Origin: Octopus vulgaris
Taxonomy: Eukaryota
NCBI GenBank assembly: GCA_951406725.2
Contig: OX597822.1
Coordinates: forward strand, 49,910,001-49,974,000
DNA length: 64,000 bases
Reading direction: 5' to 3'
Shown: piece by piece, positions 41,048 to 54,289 of the stretch
Position numbering within the stretch: the first letter of the stretch is position 1
Layout of the letters: each line of letters starts with the position of its first letter
The notes under the pieces: generated by a model
What the model was told of the DNA's origin: nothing
What the model saw: the letters and a program-made list of their open reading frames with translations, nothing else
Databases searched by the model: none
Program-made: the position numbers and the translations under genes

Positions 41048-41491
41048 GAACACACATACACACACTTGTGTGCGTGTTTTCAACTTTGTATGTCATTATT
41101 CAGTTTATTTCAAGATTTTTCGCCAACAGATAATGAACCTATATCTAACCTAGATCCATAGCTCCTTCATTGAAATTTCAACATCAACAACAGGGTATTT
41201 TTCTTTGTATGTATGTATGTATGCATGTATGTATGTATGTGCAGATTTGTTTTATGTATGTTTTATGTATGTATTCGCATGCAGATTTGTATGCCTTATG
41301 TATGTAGTCTCATGCAGATTTGTATGTTTTATGTATGTATTCTCATGCATGTAGCTGTATATTTAGAGATACTCATATATACTTAAATGATAAACTTCTG
41401 GAAAGTTATACAGATTTTTAGATTTCCAGGGATAGACTGGATGCATGCATGTATATATAGGTTTAGGATTATATATGTATATGCACATATG

Positions 41492-41952
41492 TATCAGGGT
41501 GGGTAAAACGTAAGTAACTCTTTGAACCATGTGGAATATATACCGGAGTTTTGCAGTGTTTTGAATCCTTTTAAAACATGTTTTTGCAATTGTCTGATAT
41601 TATAGACATAGCCCTGCCCAAATTCATCAACAAATTAACTTTAATGTTTTTATTCACCGTCGTTACAGTCATCTGAAATAGAACTGTCAATGCGCGATAT
41701 TCGAACAATTTTGCGATTCAACTTCAAAAAAAAAAAAAATAAAACGTAAAGCAGCTGAAATTGCTCGCGATAGTAACGGAACATTTGATGAGGAACTGAC
41801 CAGTGAGTGGTCCGCTCGAAAATGGTTTGTAATCTTTGCAAATAAATACATGAGCCTTACACATCGTGAGTGTTAGGGACGCCCATCTGTCATTGATGAC
41901 GGTCAATTAATGACCGTCATTGAGAAAGATCCACATAAAACTACTTGAGAAC
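41492..41952 (+). mobile_element. Second mariner family, 5' part with HTH domain
   Basis: TA-cagggtggg start; RDIRTILRFNFK...KRKAAEIARDSNGTFDEELTSEWSARKWF...GRPSVIDDGQLMTVIEKDPHKTT. Confidence 0.8.
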
Positions 41953-42263
41953 TGCTTCTTTCCAACCTAATCCTTTTTATCAATACCATTTTACTCCCTT
42001 CTAACATACTTATCTATTTTCTTCTCTGTATCAATTTACCCCTTGAATGAGCAGCGCATGGGATGAATATCTACACACTATCCATTTATAATAACAAAAT
42101 ATGAACTCCTTTCGGAATTTACATACATTGGACAAGAAGCCCATTCTACACAGCACATTTCTTGGACTGCAACTGTATCATCCAACATATATTTTTATAA
42201 TAACCTCCAAAATAACCTCTTATGTCGAACTCTACTATTTCCTTCTGTTTAACTCTCATATCA

Positions 42264-42309
42264 TCTCTGATGATGGGATTCCCTTTATATCCCCGAAACA
42301 GCTGTAAGA
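42264..42309 (+). ncRNA. Minimal type I hammerhead ribozyme (Penelope pLTR type)
   Basis: UCU-CUGAUGA-U-GGGAU-loop-AUCCC-C-GAAA-C-AGCU-G-UA-AGA: canonical core, 3-bp stem I, palindromic stem III (ACAGCUGU), GUA cleavage triplet. Confidence 0.75.
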
Positions 42310-42510
42310 CTACATTTATAATTGTCCTAACAATTTCACACTAACTTGGCTTTGTTTCTCATTTCTTTCAACATATACACGCTCACACACGATCCGCGCT
42401 AGACTTCTCACTCATATAATTATCGAACCGAGAGTCTAACAGTTGTCCTTCTGCTGTACCTATATAGCCTTACCTGCCTTTTTGTGGATCCTCTGGATAT
42501 AAAACCTCTG

Positions 42511-42548
<38 letters not shown>

Positions 42549-42849
42549 ATTATGGTATTTTAACATTAAATTATTTTGTAATGCTCAGAAAGTTACATTA
42601 GCGCTTTCATAAATAGAATAACCATCAGATTTCAAAAGTGTTTAACTGATAGTTAAATTCTTGAGAAATGCAGTACCTCTCAGAACGCTCCAACAAGCTG
42701 AATTTTTAGAATACGGTTTTAACCAATCCGCATGTGGCTTAAATTTCACAGTTTTCTAGGCATATCGATATTCAATAATCTGTTTATATTGATATGTTAG
42801 AAATATTTTTAATCTACATCATTAACTGGTTCTTATATTATTATAGATA

Positions 42850-43330
42850 TTTCCATTTAGAACAGGTCTGAACATTTTAATAAACCGTTTCTCTTTTATA
42901 TTTCTACCAATATCACTTGTGTCATTTAGCTTGTGGAAAATATAAATTAGAAACATTTTGTGACAACATGTCTCAAAATGTTCGGTCTATGGAATTTGGC
43001 GAACATTGGTATTCCAGATTTCTTCTCTGTGGACTCGTACGCGTTCCGATAATGCATTCCCTGTCTCGCCTATATAGAGTTTCATGCAGTTGATCAAATG
43101 TCTGCTTTTGTACTTCAGATCTGCATTTGCGAAAATCTTTCCATTTTTTCTTCCAATGGATCTACCGGTATACATGTATTAACTCGTTCCACATGTGTTA
43201 TCATTGCATTTGGTTACAGTGTATGTTTTATCGTAATTGTTCATGTTGAAGTTTGCCTTTGTTAATAGTTTCCTTAGGTTATGTGATTGCCTTTTGTGTA
43301 AAGTAAGTGTTTTATTAGTTATTGTTTTTG
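42850..43330 (-). mobile_element. Penelope-like element GIY-YIG endonuclease remnant
   Basis: Minus strand: KRQSHNLRKLLTKANF...VTKCNDNTCGT...CMKLYIGETGNALSERVRVHREEI...EHFETCC...RNIKEKRFIKMFRPVLN. Confidence 0.88.
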
Positions 43331-44989
43331 AATTTTTCACTTGATGAAAGTCACACACGCACACACATACACACACATACACACACATGCACACGAAAGA
43401 AGACACACATAAAGACATATATACACACTCACAGATACACTTTCGTATATAAGATGTTCGATTTTTACGAGAACTCAGATTCATCTACATACATTTTTAT
43501 TTTGAACACACTCCTGTTACAGAGTTTCTATATTTGCATCACCTACAATCGTTATGCAAATGTATGATAATGCAATTAGCAATGCTCACTAGTTTACAAA
43601 ATATGTTCAACCGGAATAAAGCACATTACTACATATAACCATGAATTATAGATAGAGGCTGTGTTCTTTAGGTAGTAGATATCCGAACGATATGGGGAAC
43701 AGAAATACCGTGGAGATCCTGAAGTTCCCAAGTGTGCTGCTAGTTTAATGTAAGACAAATTGTACTCGTAACGTAACGGACATCTTTTAAGAGCACGTGT
43801 CTTAAAAAGTTTACATTTTGCACATATAATGCTATGCTATATTATACATAATCTATGTTTTAGACTGGAGTTAAATTAGGTTCACCAATGAAAAGAAACG
43901 CGGCACTACATACAGATTTACTATTTAGGTCCAAGTAAGTGATATATCTAACGAAAATATGTGGGATAATGCCGTATTGAACTGCTTAAATAACAAATGT
44001 TTTGATATCTGCTTAAAGGTAGAATCAAAATTTAACGAGGAACTTACTAGGCGATGGCGCCATCGTCCGTCACTCTATGTATGGTGCTCCTTACCCTCTG
44101 AATTTCGTAGTTTCGGATGTCGAGTGATTTTTCTGATTTTAAAACTCGGTGGAAACAATTTAAAGTAAAAAAGACACTACATGATATGACAGGACCCCAT
44201 TTTCTACACTCAGGTTTATGAATTCATTAGACGTACTTTCGTAACTACAACAAATCGACATGAAATCGCTATCATACACTTTGTGGTTTCTTATGTAATC
44301 AACAATCATTTCTATATAATTGCATAACATCGATCGTTTGTGATATATTTAATTTCGGAAAACAAACTTTACCGCATCATGACTCTGGGCTACGTACGAA
44401 TTCAATTAGATATATAAAATATCTAAACAAAGGATACTTCAAATATACAGAAGCAATTGCTGAAAATAGCAAATCAATCATTTATTGATTTGCTCCCCTA
44501 AATTCACACACAGGTCATAAAATTCCTTCTTTCCAATCACTTCATGCTTACATTCCGCACCTCTTTATTTCACATTTGATTCACTTCTTCATTGCTTCCA
44601 CCAAATAAACACTCGTTAACTACTGCAAACGAAACAGTAAATCTCTTTCTAAATTAAGTGATATGCATACATTTACCAAATTCGACTTTCCCGATTTCTA
44701 CATCTTTCGGTGTTTCCTCTTTAGCTTTCTCTCATCAAACATTTGATATATATACAACGTAATAATGAGGTAATTGCTCCCTGACAGTGACAAAAAGTAG
44801 GTTGGTATTTCTCTCAATAATCTCTGAACTAATGACCACTGTGCTATGTCCTTTTTCGGAATTCTGGTTATCCATATGCCCTGATGATGTAAATCCAATA
44901 TATGCATATTTCTATCTCTCTCCCTCTCGCTCTGTACATATTTTATACGTATATATAAATTCTATAATTATAAGCATAATTATAATTAG

Positions 44990-47640
44990 GGTTCAGCAAA
45001 AATTGCTTCACCACATACCGAAATTTAGAAATAGCAGTTAAATACTATTCCACTACCATAAGATATCTCCCACACAGCCATACTCTCAACTCATCGCAAA
45101 ATTTAGTTAAAAAGCGAAGTAGAATCTCATGAATTTTCAGGTAGGCCGTGCAATTTATGTCAGCCACCTGAAATATAGTATTTCTATGAGAAAAATATAT
45201 TTTTGAGTCAAAACTTTTAAAATAGAAGTACCGAATTTTCCCAGTTTATTGCCAGATTCAAATTAACCGATAAACCTTATCAGTAATACACTTCAGTAAA
45301 CCTGATAATTAAGGTGACATCAAAAAAGTGAAACCCTAAAATCTTCTTTTTGATATTCATAAAGTTATCTCATCACTTTTATTACTTCAATACGTAAGAA
45401 AACCAACCACATTAAGAGCTTTTTCTTTTCACAGTTGGAAAAAAACTCCAACTAAAGACATCCCAATTGAGTGCACTTATTCCGTTGTACATGATGAACA
45501 TACATAATGAAAATGGTTTCATCATAACATCTGCCATCCACGCGGGATTACGAAGATACGAAGTAGAATTAGCGTACCGATTGTTTCCGTCTTTTGTTAT
45601 TGACAGGTTTACGAGTCTTTCCGTATGACATTAGGAAAGATGAAAGTACCTAAATGTGAACACGCAAAGTGTAATGTAAATGCTCAACCAATTCATGTTC
45701 TTTTTTAATCATAGAGATAGATATCAAATGGCATGGCTTCAACGAGAAGATGCAAAAATGAGCGCAACTTATTTTGCCATACATGTGGTGAGTTCACACC
45801 AAGAGCCAACAGGAAACCGATATCTGACTTTTACAAGAAAGCCTATCGTGCTTACTTTCACATCGAGCTTGGTGATCAGGACAAATCATGGGCCTCTCAC
45901 ATTGTTTGCAAGACATGTTTGGAACGCATGAGATAGTGGACTTCAGTTACCCTAAAATCTCTGAAATTCGCTGTTCCTATGATCTCGCGTGAGCGAAAGA
46001 CCCAGTCTGACGAATGTTACTTCTGGTCAGTCAGTGTTGCGTGACTGAACCAAAGAAACGCAGATCTATCGACTACAACAGTCTTCATTCCGCTATTCGA
46101 CCAGTGCTGCATTCAGATGATTTGCCAATCCCAGTTTTTCACGACTCTGATGCTGATGTTGATGAGAGATACAGCAAAAACGATCCTGGCTATGTTCCCA
46201 AAACCGTGCCAGAGCCGCTTAACCAAAATGAGCTGAATTATTTGGTTCGAGACTTAAACCTAAGTAAAGATTCATCAGAAATGTTGGCCTCTGGGCTCAA
46301 CGAAAAACACCTGTCAGCAAAAGGCACAAAGGAGACATTCTATCGAAATAGTGATGCCAAATTTGCTCCATTCTCTAATGAAAACACAGTTCTTGATCAT
46401 TGCAATGACGTTGAGAGGCTTCTTCTTCGACTAGGCGTCCACAAATACGATCCTGATGAATGGAGATAGTTCATTGATAGTTCAAACATAGTGGGAAATG
46501 TGTTTTGCTCCAGAATACCAACATGCATGCGCCAATACCTATAGGTCGTTCAACAACACTGAAAGAAAAACATGATGCCATCAAACAGGTTATGGAATAT
46601 ATAGGCTACAGCAAACATAAATGGATGCTATGTGTCGATTTGATAGAGGTAAATTTCCAGCTTGGTCAACGGAGTGGCTACACGAAATTCCCATGTTTTT
46701 GTTTGTGTATGTAGGACAGTAGAGCAAAAGAGGAGCACAGGAAAAGGATACATTTGCCACACTGCGAGTTGAAGTTCAGTGAAAAATACGTTTAGTGCAG
46801 CGCTAGTTACGAAAGAAAAAAAATCATTTCCCTCCCTTTTATATCAAATTTGGATTTATGGAACTATGTAAAATCACTCCACAAAGGAAGTAAATGTCTT
46901 GAGTTTATATGTTTATCGTTTCCAGGACTTAGCACCGAAAGCCTCAAAGCAGAAATGTTTGATGGTCCTTATATCAAGAAACTCATTAGGGATAATGAAT
47001 TTGTTATTTCAATGAATGATTTTGAATTACGCGCTTGGACATCGTTTGTTGATGCGGTGAAAACTTTCTTAAGCAATCGAGGGGCCTAAAACTACAAGGA
47101 GTTAGTGGAAAAGCTATTGAAAAGTCTACAGGACATAGGCACTATTAAAACAATGGAAGCGCGCTACCAGTTACGGTGGGACAAACGAATGATTGCTGAC
47201 GACTGCTGGAGTATCAAAATTGATTTAAATAATATTGAACATGGAAGACAAGAAAGAAAAAATCTTTACCATAGTTCTTTGTTCACGAAGGTTTTATTTC
47301 TGTTGTTGATTTATTTAATGATTTGATGAAAATATTTGTTGACATTAGTATATTCAATCGTGTTATTTTTAAAGACATAGGGTCTGATTATTATTGTACA
47401 AATAGTACTTCTCAATATGCAGACCAATATTTGTTGGTATTTCTACGATTTTACTTTGAGAAATATTGTCATCTATCAATATCAAATATACAGAAAAGAA
47501 ATGATAAAAATGCTTTCTTTTTCCAAAAATGGGGCATTTCTGTACAGCAAAAACGGTAGCTAACCAAGAAAAAGTATGGATATTTTCGGATTCAGCGCCT
47601 TCAAATTAGCTAACAAAAAAAAGATGTTTTGTCAATGTGA
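44990..47640 (+). mobile_element. Near-complete decayed DNA transposon, Chapaev3 (CMC)-like transposase
   Basis: MASTRRCKN..FCHTCGEF..AYFHIELGDQDKSWASHIVCKTC; NELNYLVRDLNLSK; YDPDEWR.FIDSS; LGQRSGYTKFPCF; FDGPYIKKLIRD; MEARYQLRWDKRMIADDCWSIK; 3' ttttcggattcagc...gtg end. Family name from memory; ends approximate. Confidence 0.8.
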
Positions 47641-48020
47641 AATTCTAGAAACGATAAAGGACACAATGAATGTTATACTCTTGAGTTTATTTTGACATTA
47701 TCTCTACAATTGTACGATCCTTTCCGAGCAGAATACCAATCACAAGTACATCAAGAAGAAATATTGCAAATATTACTATTACACGTTTGTTTTACTGTTT
47801 ACATAAAATATTAAACTTAATAGTCGGAAGAAAACTATAAAAATATAAATATAACATTTCGATTGATACCAGACAGGAAATAGCACTTGCATAAAAAAGC
47901 GCTTTTGGTTTCGATATTTATTACAGTGATAGAGATATTTGCTTTAACTGTCAGTTGGTGGAATGCAAGTAGCAATTGGAAATACTAACTAAAATCTGTA
48001 TAAGTAAAATACAAACTCTA

Positions 48021-48060
<40 letters not shown>

Positions 48061-49779
48061 ATATTTGAAAAAAACGTTTCCAAATATATTATATATGAAA
48101 GCTCTGAACAAAATCTCGTTACATCTTCTAAGCACTGGCTGCAAACAGGCTGCTCAGAGCCATTACTGCGAGCTTGTAAAGGAAAGCGTAATCAATAAGC
48201 TGTATACAGAAAAATTGCTAAATTAGTTTAACGAGGTCAGCGGCTAGTTTTCAAGAAAGGTTTCGAAAAATAAGGAACAAAAATAAGAGAACGTAGTTAA
48301 GATTGAAAGATACAGTTATGAGAAAAATGTTAATGTAATATATAGAAAATCTTTCCTAGAAAGTAGCTCAAAGCAAAAAAGAAAAATTATGTCTAACGCT
48401 GAAATTTTAGTTCACAGAAGCAACCGAGATATGTAATCAATATTAAAAATGTGAATTATTTAAGCTTACGTAATAGCAAAACTAGTAACTCTCATTAATT
48501 TCATATTTTACGGCAATTTAGCTCTGTACAATAAAGACATTCTGAACTATAAAGGAAATAATTTGCGATCAAAACCCAGTCCCAAGTAATTGTGAAATAA
48601 CGTTTTAAAATCATAAACTGAAAAGTAGAATATCGAATTTCTAGATGCGTACCTCGGCCCGGGAATATGTGTTATGCAAAGTATATCATGCTGGTATGTA
48701 TTAAATATCATTTATTCAAACAAACTCTTATTGTTGATGTATATTTTTTGAAATTATCTTGCATTCTTCAAAAACATTTCTCTCGATACAAATAGTTTTT
48801 TTTGTTCGGTGGGGTGGCACCTTATTCTAAGTTACTTTTTAAAAATTGAATGAAAAATAATTATCTTACATTTTTAACAAGTAATTTTTTAAGAAAATAC
48901 AATTTCATATGCGGTATTTTAAATTTTTTTATGTCAGTTAAATCGTACTTATTTCTTTCAGTATTTACACATGCCAGTTTAAGCAATCGATGCGTCAAAT
49001 GATGTCATGTTAGGTACATACTGCATAATGTTCTTACTGAAAAGACATATACTGCTTTTGTTGTTTTATGATCTACGCAAGCCTATGTAATATATACAAT
49101 AAAATCATACCTGTATTAGTGCTAACACATAGAAAACGGGCGCAAATTAAACGGTGTCCTTGATTATGTCCTGTGGGTGGTACTTTTTTGAGTCGTGATT
49201 ATGTTATACTTAAGTCACAGACACACACAAGCAGACATACCCGCACATATATTGTCAGCATCATAGAGTTTTTGTATATTTTGTTGTTATATAAAGATAT
49301 TTTACCCGGCAAAATTCACCGCTACTTATGTATTAAAAAGTGATTGAAAAATTACAGAAGTGGCAATTAACCGAGAGGCTGAAAGAAAACTTGTTATTGA
49401 GACTGAAGAAGTATCAGTTAGAAATAGGACTCCGTGTGCTATACTTCAGGCACATACATTATTGAAAGCCTATTTAACCTCTGCATTCGTCCAGTGATTT
49501 GTCCCGTGATAGACGAAAAAATGTTGAAATTATTCGGCGTCCATATCTATCTCGCTTTGTAAAAAAAACTGCAGTGTGCAATTCATTTTCTCGTTTCGTG
49601 ATCAGCCATAATATATCTGAAACTCTTAGTAGAAAAAGAGAATAATTCCAGCCCTTCGAAGAATGTTTACACATTAAATAGGTTTGAGTATTTATTTCTA
49701 ATTATTACCTGCATTTCACAAGTACACCAGCACATAGATTCTTTACCCTCTTTCTCTCTCACTCTCTCTTTCTTTCTAC

Positions 49780-49842
<63 letters not shown>

Positions 49843-49925
49843 CAATTGCAGCGTGGAAGGTGTTTGTAAGCCATTTAAGAAACACACAAAAGCCGTTCGA
49901 TTCACTTCAACATTTAAGTTTAATT

Positions 49926-49971
49926 TGTCAAAATATTTTCGTCGCTAAAATCCGCGACCTGTTCACTGACA
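49926..49971 (-). ncRNA. Mirror copy of the G3-C8 hammerhead variant
   Basis: Same motif on the opposite arm of the palindrome (5-bp stem I UGUCA/UGACA). Confidence 0.65.
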
Positions 49972-49995
49972 GAAATCCGTGCTGCATCTCAGATT

Positions 49996-50045
49996 TTTGT
50001 CAGTGAACAGGTCGCGGATTTTAGCGACGAAAATATTTTGACAAA
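49996..50045 (+). ncRNA. Hammerhead ribozyme variant with G3-C8 swapped core
   Basis: UUUGUCA-GUGAACA-G-GUCGC-GGAUUUUA-GCGAC-GAAA-AUAU-UU-UGACAAA: 7-bp stem I, 5-bp stem II, palindromic AAAAUAUUUU stem III. Confidence 0.7.
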
Positions 50046-50833
50046 TTAAACTTAAATGTTGAAGTGAATCGAACGGCTTTTGTGTGTTTCTTGAATGGCT
50101 TACAAACACCTTCCACGCTGCAATTGTTTTCGTTTCAGTACACGATCTCAGATCAAATCACTTGCTATGCGAGTACATCTTCCTATATATATATATAATA
50201 AAAGACAAAAGAAGGAAAATACACAGTTTACATAGTTTTATTATATTTCAAATGAAAGTGTATTGTGGTTGTCTACCGGTTTCACTTTCACTAATCGTGA
50301 CATTGAAATTATTGTAATTTCGAATTTTCTCAAGACTATTTTAGCCCATGTTCTGGTATGAAAGTTTGTGAATCAAGCGGCAAGTAGAAAATCTAACTTT
50401 AGTGATTGGGGAAGAATGCGAGTGCTCACTCGTCTGTATAAATTCGGAAGTGCTGGTTGTTGGATATTAGCTATTCGATGTCGCTTATTCGAAAACATAT
50501 TCAATTATTAGTACTCTCAAGTTTACAATTGAAATACTACACTAAAAAAGAAAATAAATGAGTAAAAATATAAGTTTTACGTCTCTTTAATCCACATCTC
50601 TTTACCTACATGAATTAAGAGCATTGCTGTCTGTGAGATATCTTATGGTAGAGGAATGGTATTTAACTGATATTTCTAAATTTCGGTATGTCGTGAAACA
50701 ATTTCAGTTTGCAGAACCCTAATTATAATTATAGAATTTTTGTATAAGGTTACCGATGAAGGTTATTTTAACATACCGATCTACTTGGCAAAATTATTAA
50801 TTACTAATGAATTAATTGATTCTACCCTTTATG

Positions 50834-50881
<48 letters not shown>

Positions 50882-52126
50882 GGAGCAATAAGGAAATGGA
50901 GGGGATCAATAGGTGTTTCATGAACTTTAAAGACATATGTCAACTTATTTATTCACTAAACTGACAATTACAAGAACATATTTACATGTATAACATACTA
51001 TGCTTTTCATATAAGATATAAAATATAGTAATATATAAAGATACCAGTAATTATTACAATATAACATACATGAATATATATATATATATAAAATAAATCT
51101 CTGAACGAGGTATAAACAGTAGCTGCACGACAATGTGAAATATATTTGCCTTATATATATATGTATAAAAGGATATTATTATTCATAATATCAGTGTTTT
51201 AATATGCGAAAAAAATATCTGATGGAATAAAGTAGCAGAGTACTAGCAAGCATTAACGACATGCTGACATATCAGCCCAAGTGACCAGACCACAAGTTAT
51301 CAGTAAACACAAAGATGGAAGCGGGAAAATATTAAAACCTTAATAACCCCATCTCAATGAGACGAAATAATAGAAAATTGAAAGCCAGACATAGCGGTAC
51401 TTCTTGCTAGTACCCTTAATTTATACGGTCAGAAGATTTTTCGCATTCTAAGCCACTGATAATACTATAAATAATAATATCCTATTTAAATAATTTTTAT
51501 TTAATTTGATCATATTTTTATATTTGCTGCGGTATCAAACACGGTCATCACACACATTGGTTGAGATGAATAAACTGCATAACCTTAGACATCAGTAAGG
51601 CTCCGTGGCGAAAACTAAGAGAATGCCTCAAAGTTCGAAATCACGGGCGATACGAATATGTCTGATTTTCAATTTTTGACTTTTTTCTTTATTGGGATGG
51701 AGGTTTGGTTTTTTTTTATTCATTTACTCGCTTTCAACTTTGTGCTTAGTGATAACTCGTGGTTTGATAACATTGACTGCTATGTCAGAATGCCAGTACT
51801 GCTTGTTAGTACCCCTAATTATTATTTGATGATTTATACCGACAGAAGTGTGGTCTTACACATGCTAAACCAATGATATTATCAGACTGGTCTACAAGTT
51901 TTTAGGTGTTTAGGGAATAGACATCATTCCTATTCAAAATCGGTCTCTTGAATCCAAATATTACTTTCTATTTGACCTATCAGGTCTAGTATTTTAGTTA
52001 TTGAAAATCTCAACAGTCACTATGTATGTATGTAGTTCAGTGCGCAGTGTCCGTTAATTTATTCTAATTCTGAGTTTTTACTTTTCCCATCTTTTTTATA
52101 TGTTGGGTTGAACTAAGTAATAGAAA

Positions 52127-52800
52127 ATGAGTAAGGTGTCCTCTTCAAGAAGGTGTTGAGTTAATTCTGCAAATGTGTTTTGCTATGTTTGCGAAGAATA
52201 CACATTACTTGAAAATCAAAAAAAAGCATAACTGATTTCGTTGAAAGATCGTATATGGCATATTTTGAGGCCAAGCTGGGAGACCAAGATAAATACTGGG
52301 CACCGCATAGTATCTTCAAACAACGTACAGGACATTTGCAACAAAGGACTAAAGGGACAAGGAAAAGTATGAGGTTTGCTATACCAATGATATGGTAGGA
52401 ACCCTATAATTACGTGGACGACTGCTATTTTTGTAATCTAAATTTGAAGTGTATTCACCGTAAAAATCGACAAAGTCTTGTCTATCCTAATCTTGCTTCT
52501 GCTATTAGTCCGGTTTCACACTGTGAAGAACTTCCTGTTCTCCTTCAATGTCTTGCCTAAGGTAACTTTACCCTCAACCAAAGAAGATCCATCACCTGAA
52601 GATGACACTAGAAATCAAGACTTTTCAATTGAGACTTTACCTCAGCATTTCACCCATATGTCGCTGAATGTTATAGTTCTAGACTTGAACCTCACAAAAT
52701 ACTCTGCAGAACTGTTTGAAAGAGAATAATTTTCTACAGAATGGCGTTCATATCAAGTTTTGTCGGAGTCGATATGAAGAGTTCCTTTCTATCCTTACAG
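52127..52800 (+). mobile_element. Chapaev3-like transposase 5' fragment (different family from 45.7 kb), duplicate copy 1
   Basis: NSANVFCYVCEEY..AYFEAKLGDQDKYWAPH..MRFAIPMIW.EPYNYVDDCYFC..YPNLASAISPVSHCEELPV. Confidence 0.8.
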
Positions 52801-52898
52801 AGGAAGAGCTGGTTTAATGTGGAAATGTCAGTGGGCATTGAGGTATACAAACGAGAATATTTCAGTGTTTGTGTGCAATTTGAGGACATATACGGGAA

Positions 52899-53490
52899 GT
52901 GATAAAAACCAAACATCCAATCAACATCATGGTGTGTGTAGTGATCACTAGTGATGGCAACATTATGTCCCCATTCATCTTCCTATTCGGACTTAGACTC
53001 AACACAGAGGCCTACATCAAGTTTCTGGAGGGGGAGGTGCTGTCCTGGGTCAGGAGGTTGGCTGCTGGAAGACAATATGTCGTACAACAGGACACTACAC
53101 CATGCCACACAAGTAGGAAAACCCAGTCATGGTTGCCAGTGCGAGAAAATTAACCCTAACATCTGGCCACCTAACGCTCCAGACTGCACACACTTGATAA
53201 TTACGTGTGGGGCGCAACTGAGCGAGAGACCAACAAAACTCCTTGTAACACCAAAGATGAACTGAAAGCAAGGATTATGGCAGCATTCACCAATTTAAAG
53301 AAAGAGACCGTCCAGAAGAGTCGCAGTAGATTTCAAAGTCGTCTGGAGGAGGTGATTGAAGTAAATGGCGATTTTATTCAATAAATTTGGTCTGTAGTAT
53401 TTCAAGATATTTTTATGTAATTTTGGTAAATATATCTGTTAAAATGAGATGTCAGTGTCATTTTCATTTTTGCGTAATTTAGACATTATA
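52899..53490 (+). mobile_element. Tc1/mariner (maT/DD37D-like) transposase 3' half, duplicate copy 1
   Basis: KTKHPINIMVC..SDG..QQDTTPCHTSRKTQSWL..NPNIWPPNAPDC..LD.YVWG..DELKARIMAAF..RFQSRLEEVIEVNGDFIQ; D-D spacing cannot be counted because of a deletion. Confidence 0.8.
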
Positions 53491-53507
53491 TACATCGCAG
53501 CCTCTCT

Positions 53508-53592
<85 letters not shown>

Positions 53593-54289
53593 TGTATTTG
53601 TGTGTGTGTGTGTGTGTATCGTACAAAGACGATAATTACTTTTGCAGAACAAATCTTGTCTCCTTGTCAACAGTTTGTCAAAATGTCTTTACTTGAAACG
53701 CTTTGTTTTCTACTTTCTTATTGGTTGAGATGAATAAACTGCATAACCTTAGGCATCAGTAAGGCTCCGTGGCGAAAACTAAGAGAATACCTCAAAGTTC
53801 GAAATCACGGGCGGTACGAATATGTCTAACTTTCAATTTTTGACTTTTTTCTTTATTGGGATGGAGGTTCGGGTTTTTTTTATTCATTTACTCGCTTCCA
53901 ACTTTGTGTTTAGTGATTACTCGTAGTTTGATAACATTGACTGATATGTCAGAATGCCAGTACGGCTTGCTAGTACCCCTAATTATTATTTGATAATTTA
54001 TACCGACATAATTGTGGTCTTACACATGCTAAACCAATGATATTATCAGACTGGTCTACAAGTTTTTAGGTGTTTAGGGAATAGATATCATTCCTATTCG
54101 AAATCGGTCTCTTGAATCCAAATATTACTTTCTATTTGACCTATCAGGTCTAGTATTTTAGTTATTGAAAATCTCAACAGTCACTATGTATGTATGTAGT
54201 CCAGTGCGCAGTGTCAATTAATTTATTCTAATTCTGAGTTTTTACTTTTCCCATCTTTTTTATATGTTGGGTTGAACTAAGCAATAGAA

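Larger units (their letters stand above)
49842..50127. repeat. Near-perfect inverted repeat with 136-bp arms and 14-bp spacer
   Basis: 49842-49977 versus 49992-50127: 2 mismatches by manual alignment; TA tracts on both sides (49785-49834 and about 50184-50197). Confidence 0.97.

Noticed and set aside
49667-50317. Two ORFs starting MFL(K/E)WLTNTFHAAIV on opposite strands
   Set aside because: Consequence of the palindrome; no coding evidence.
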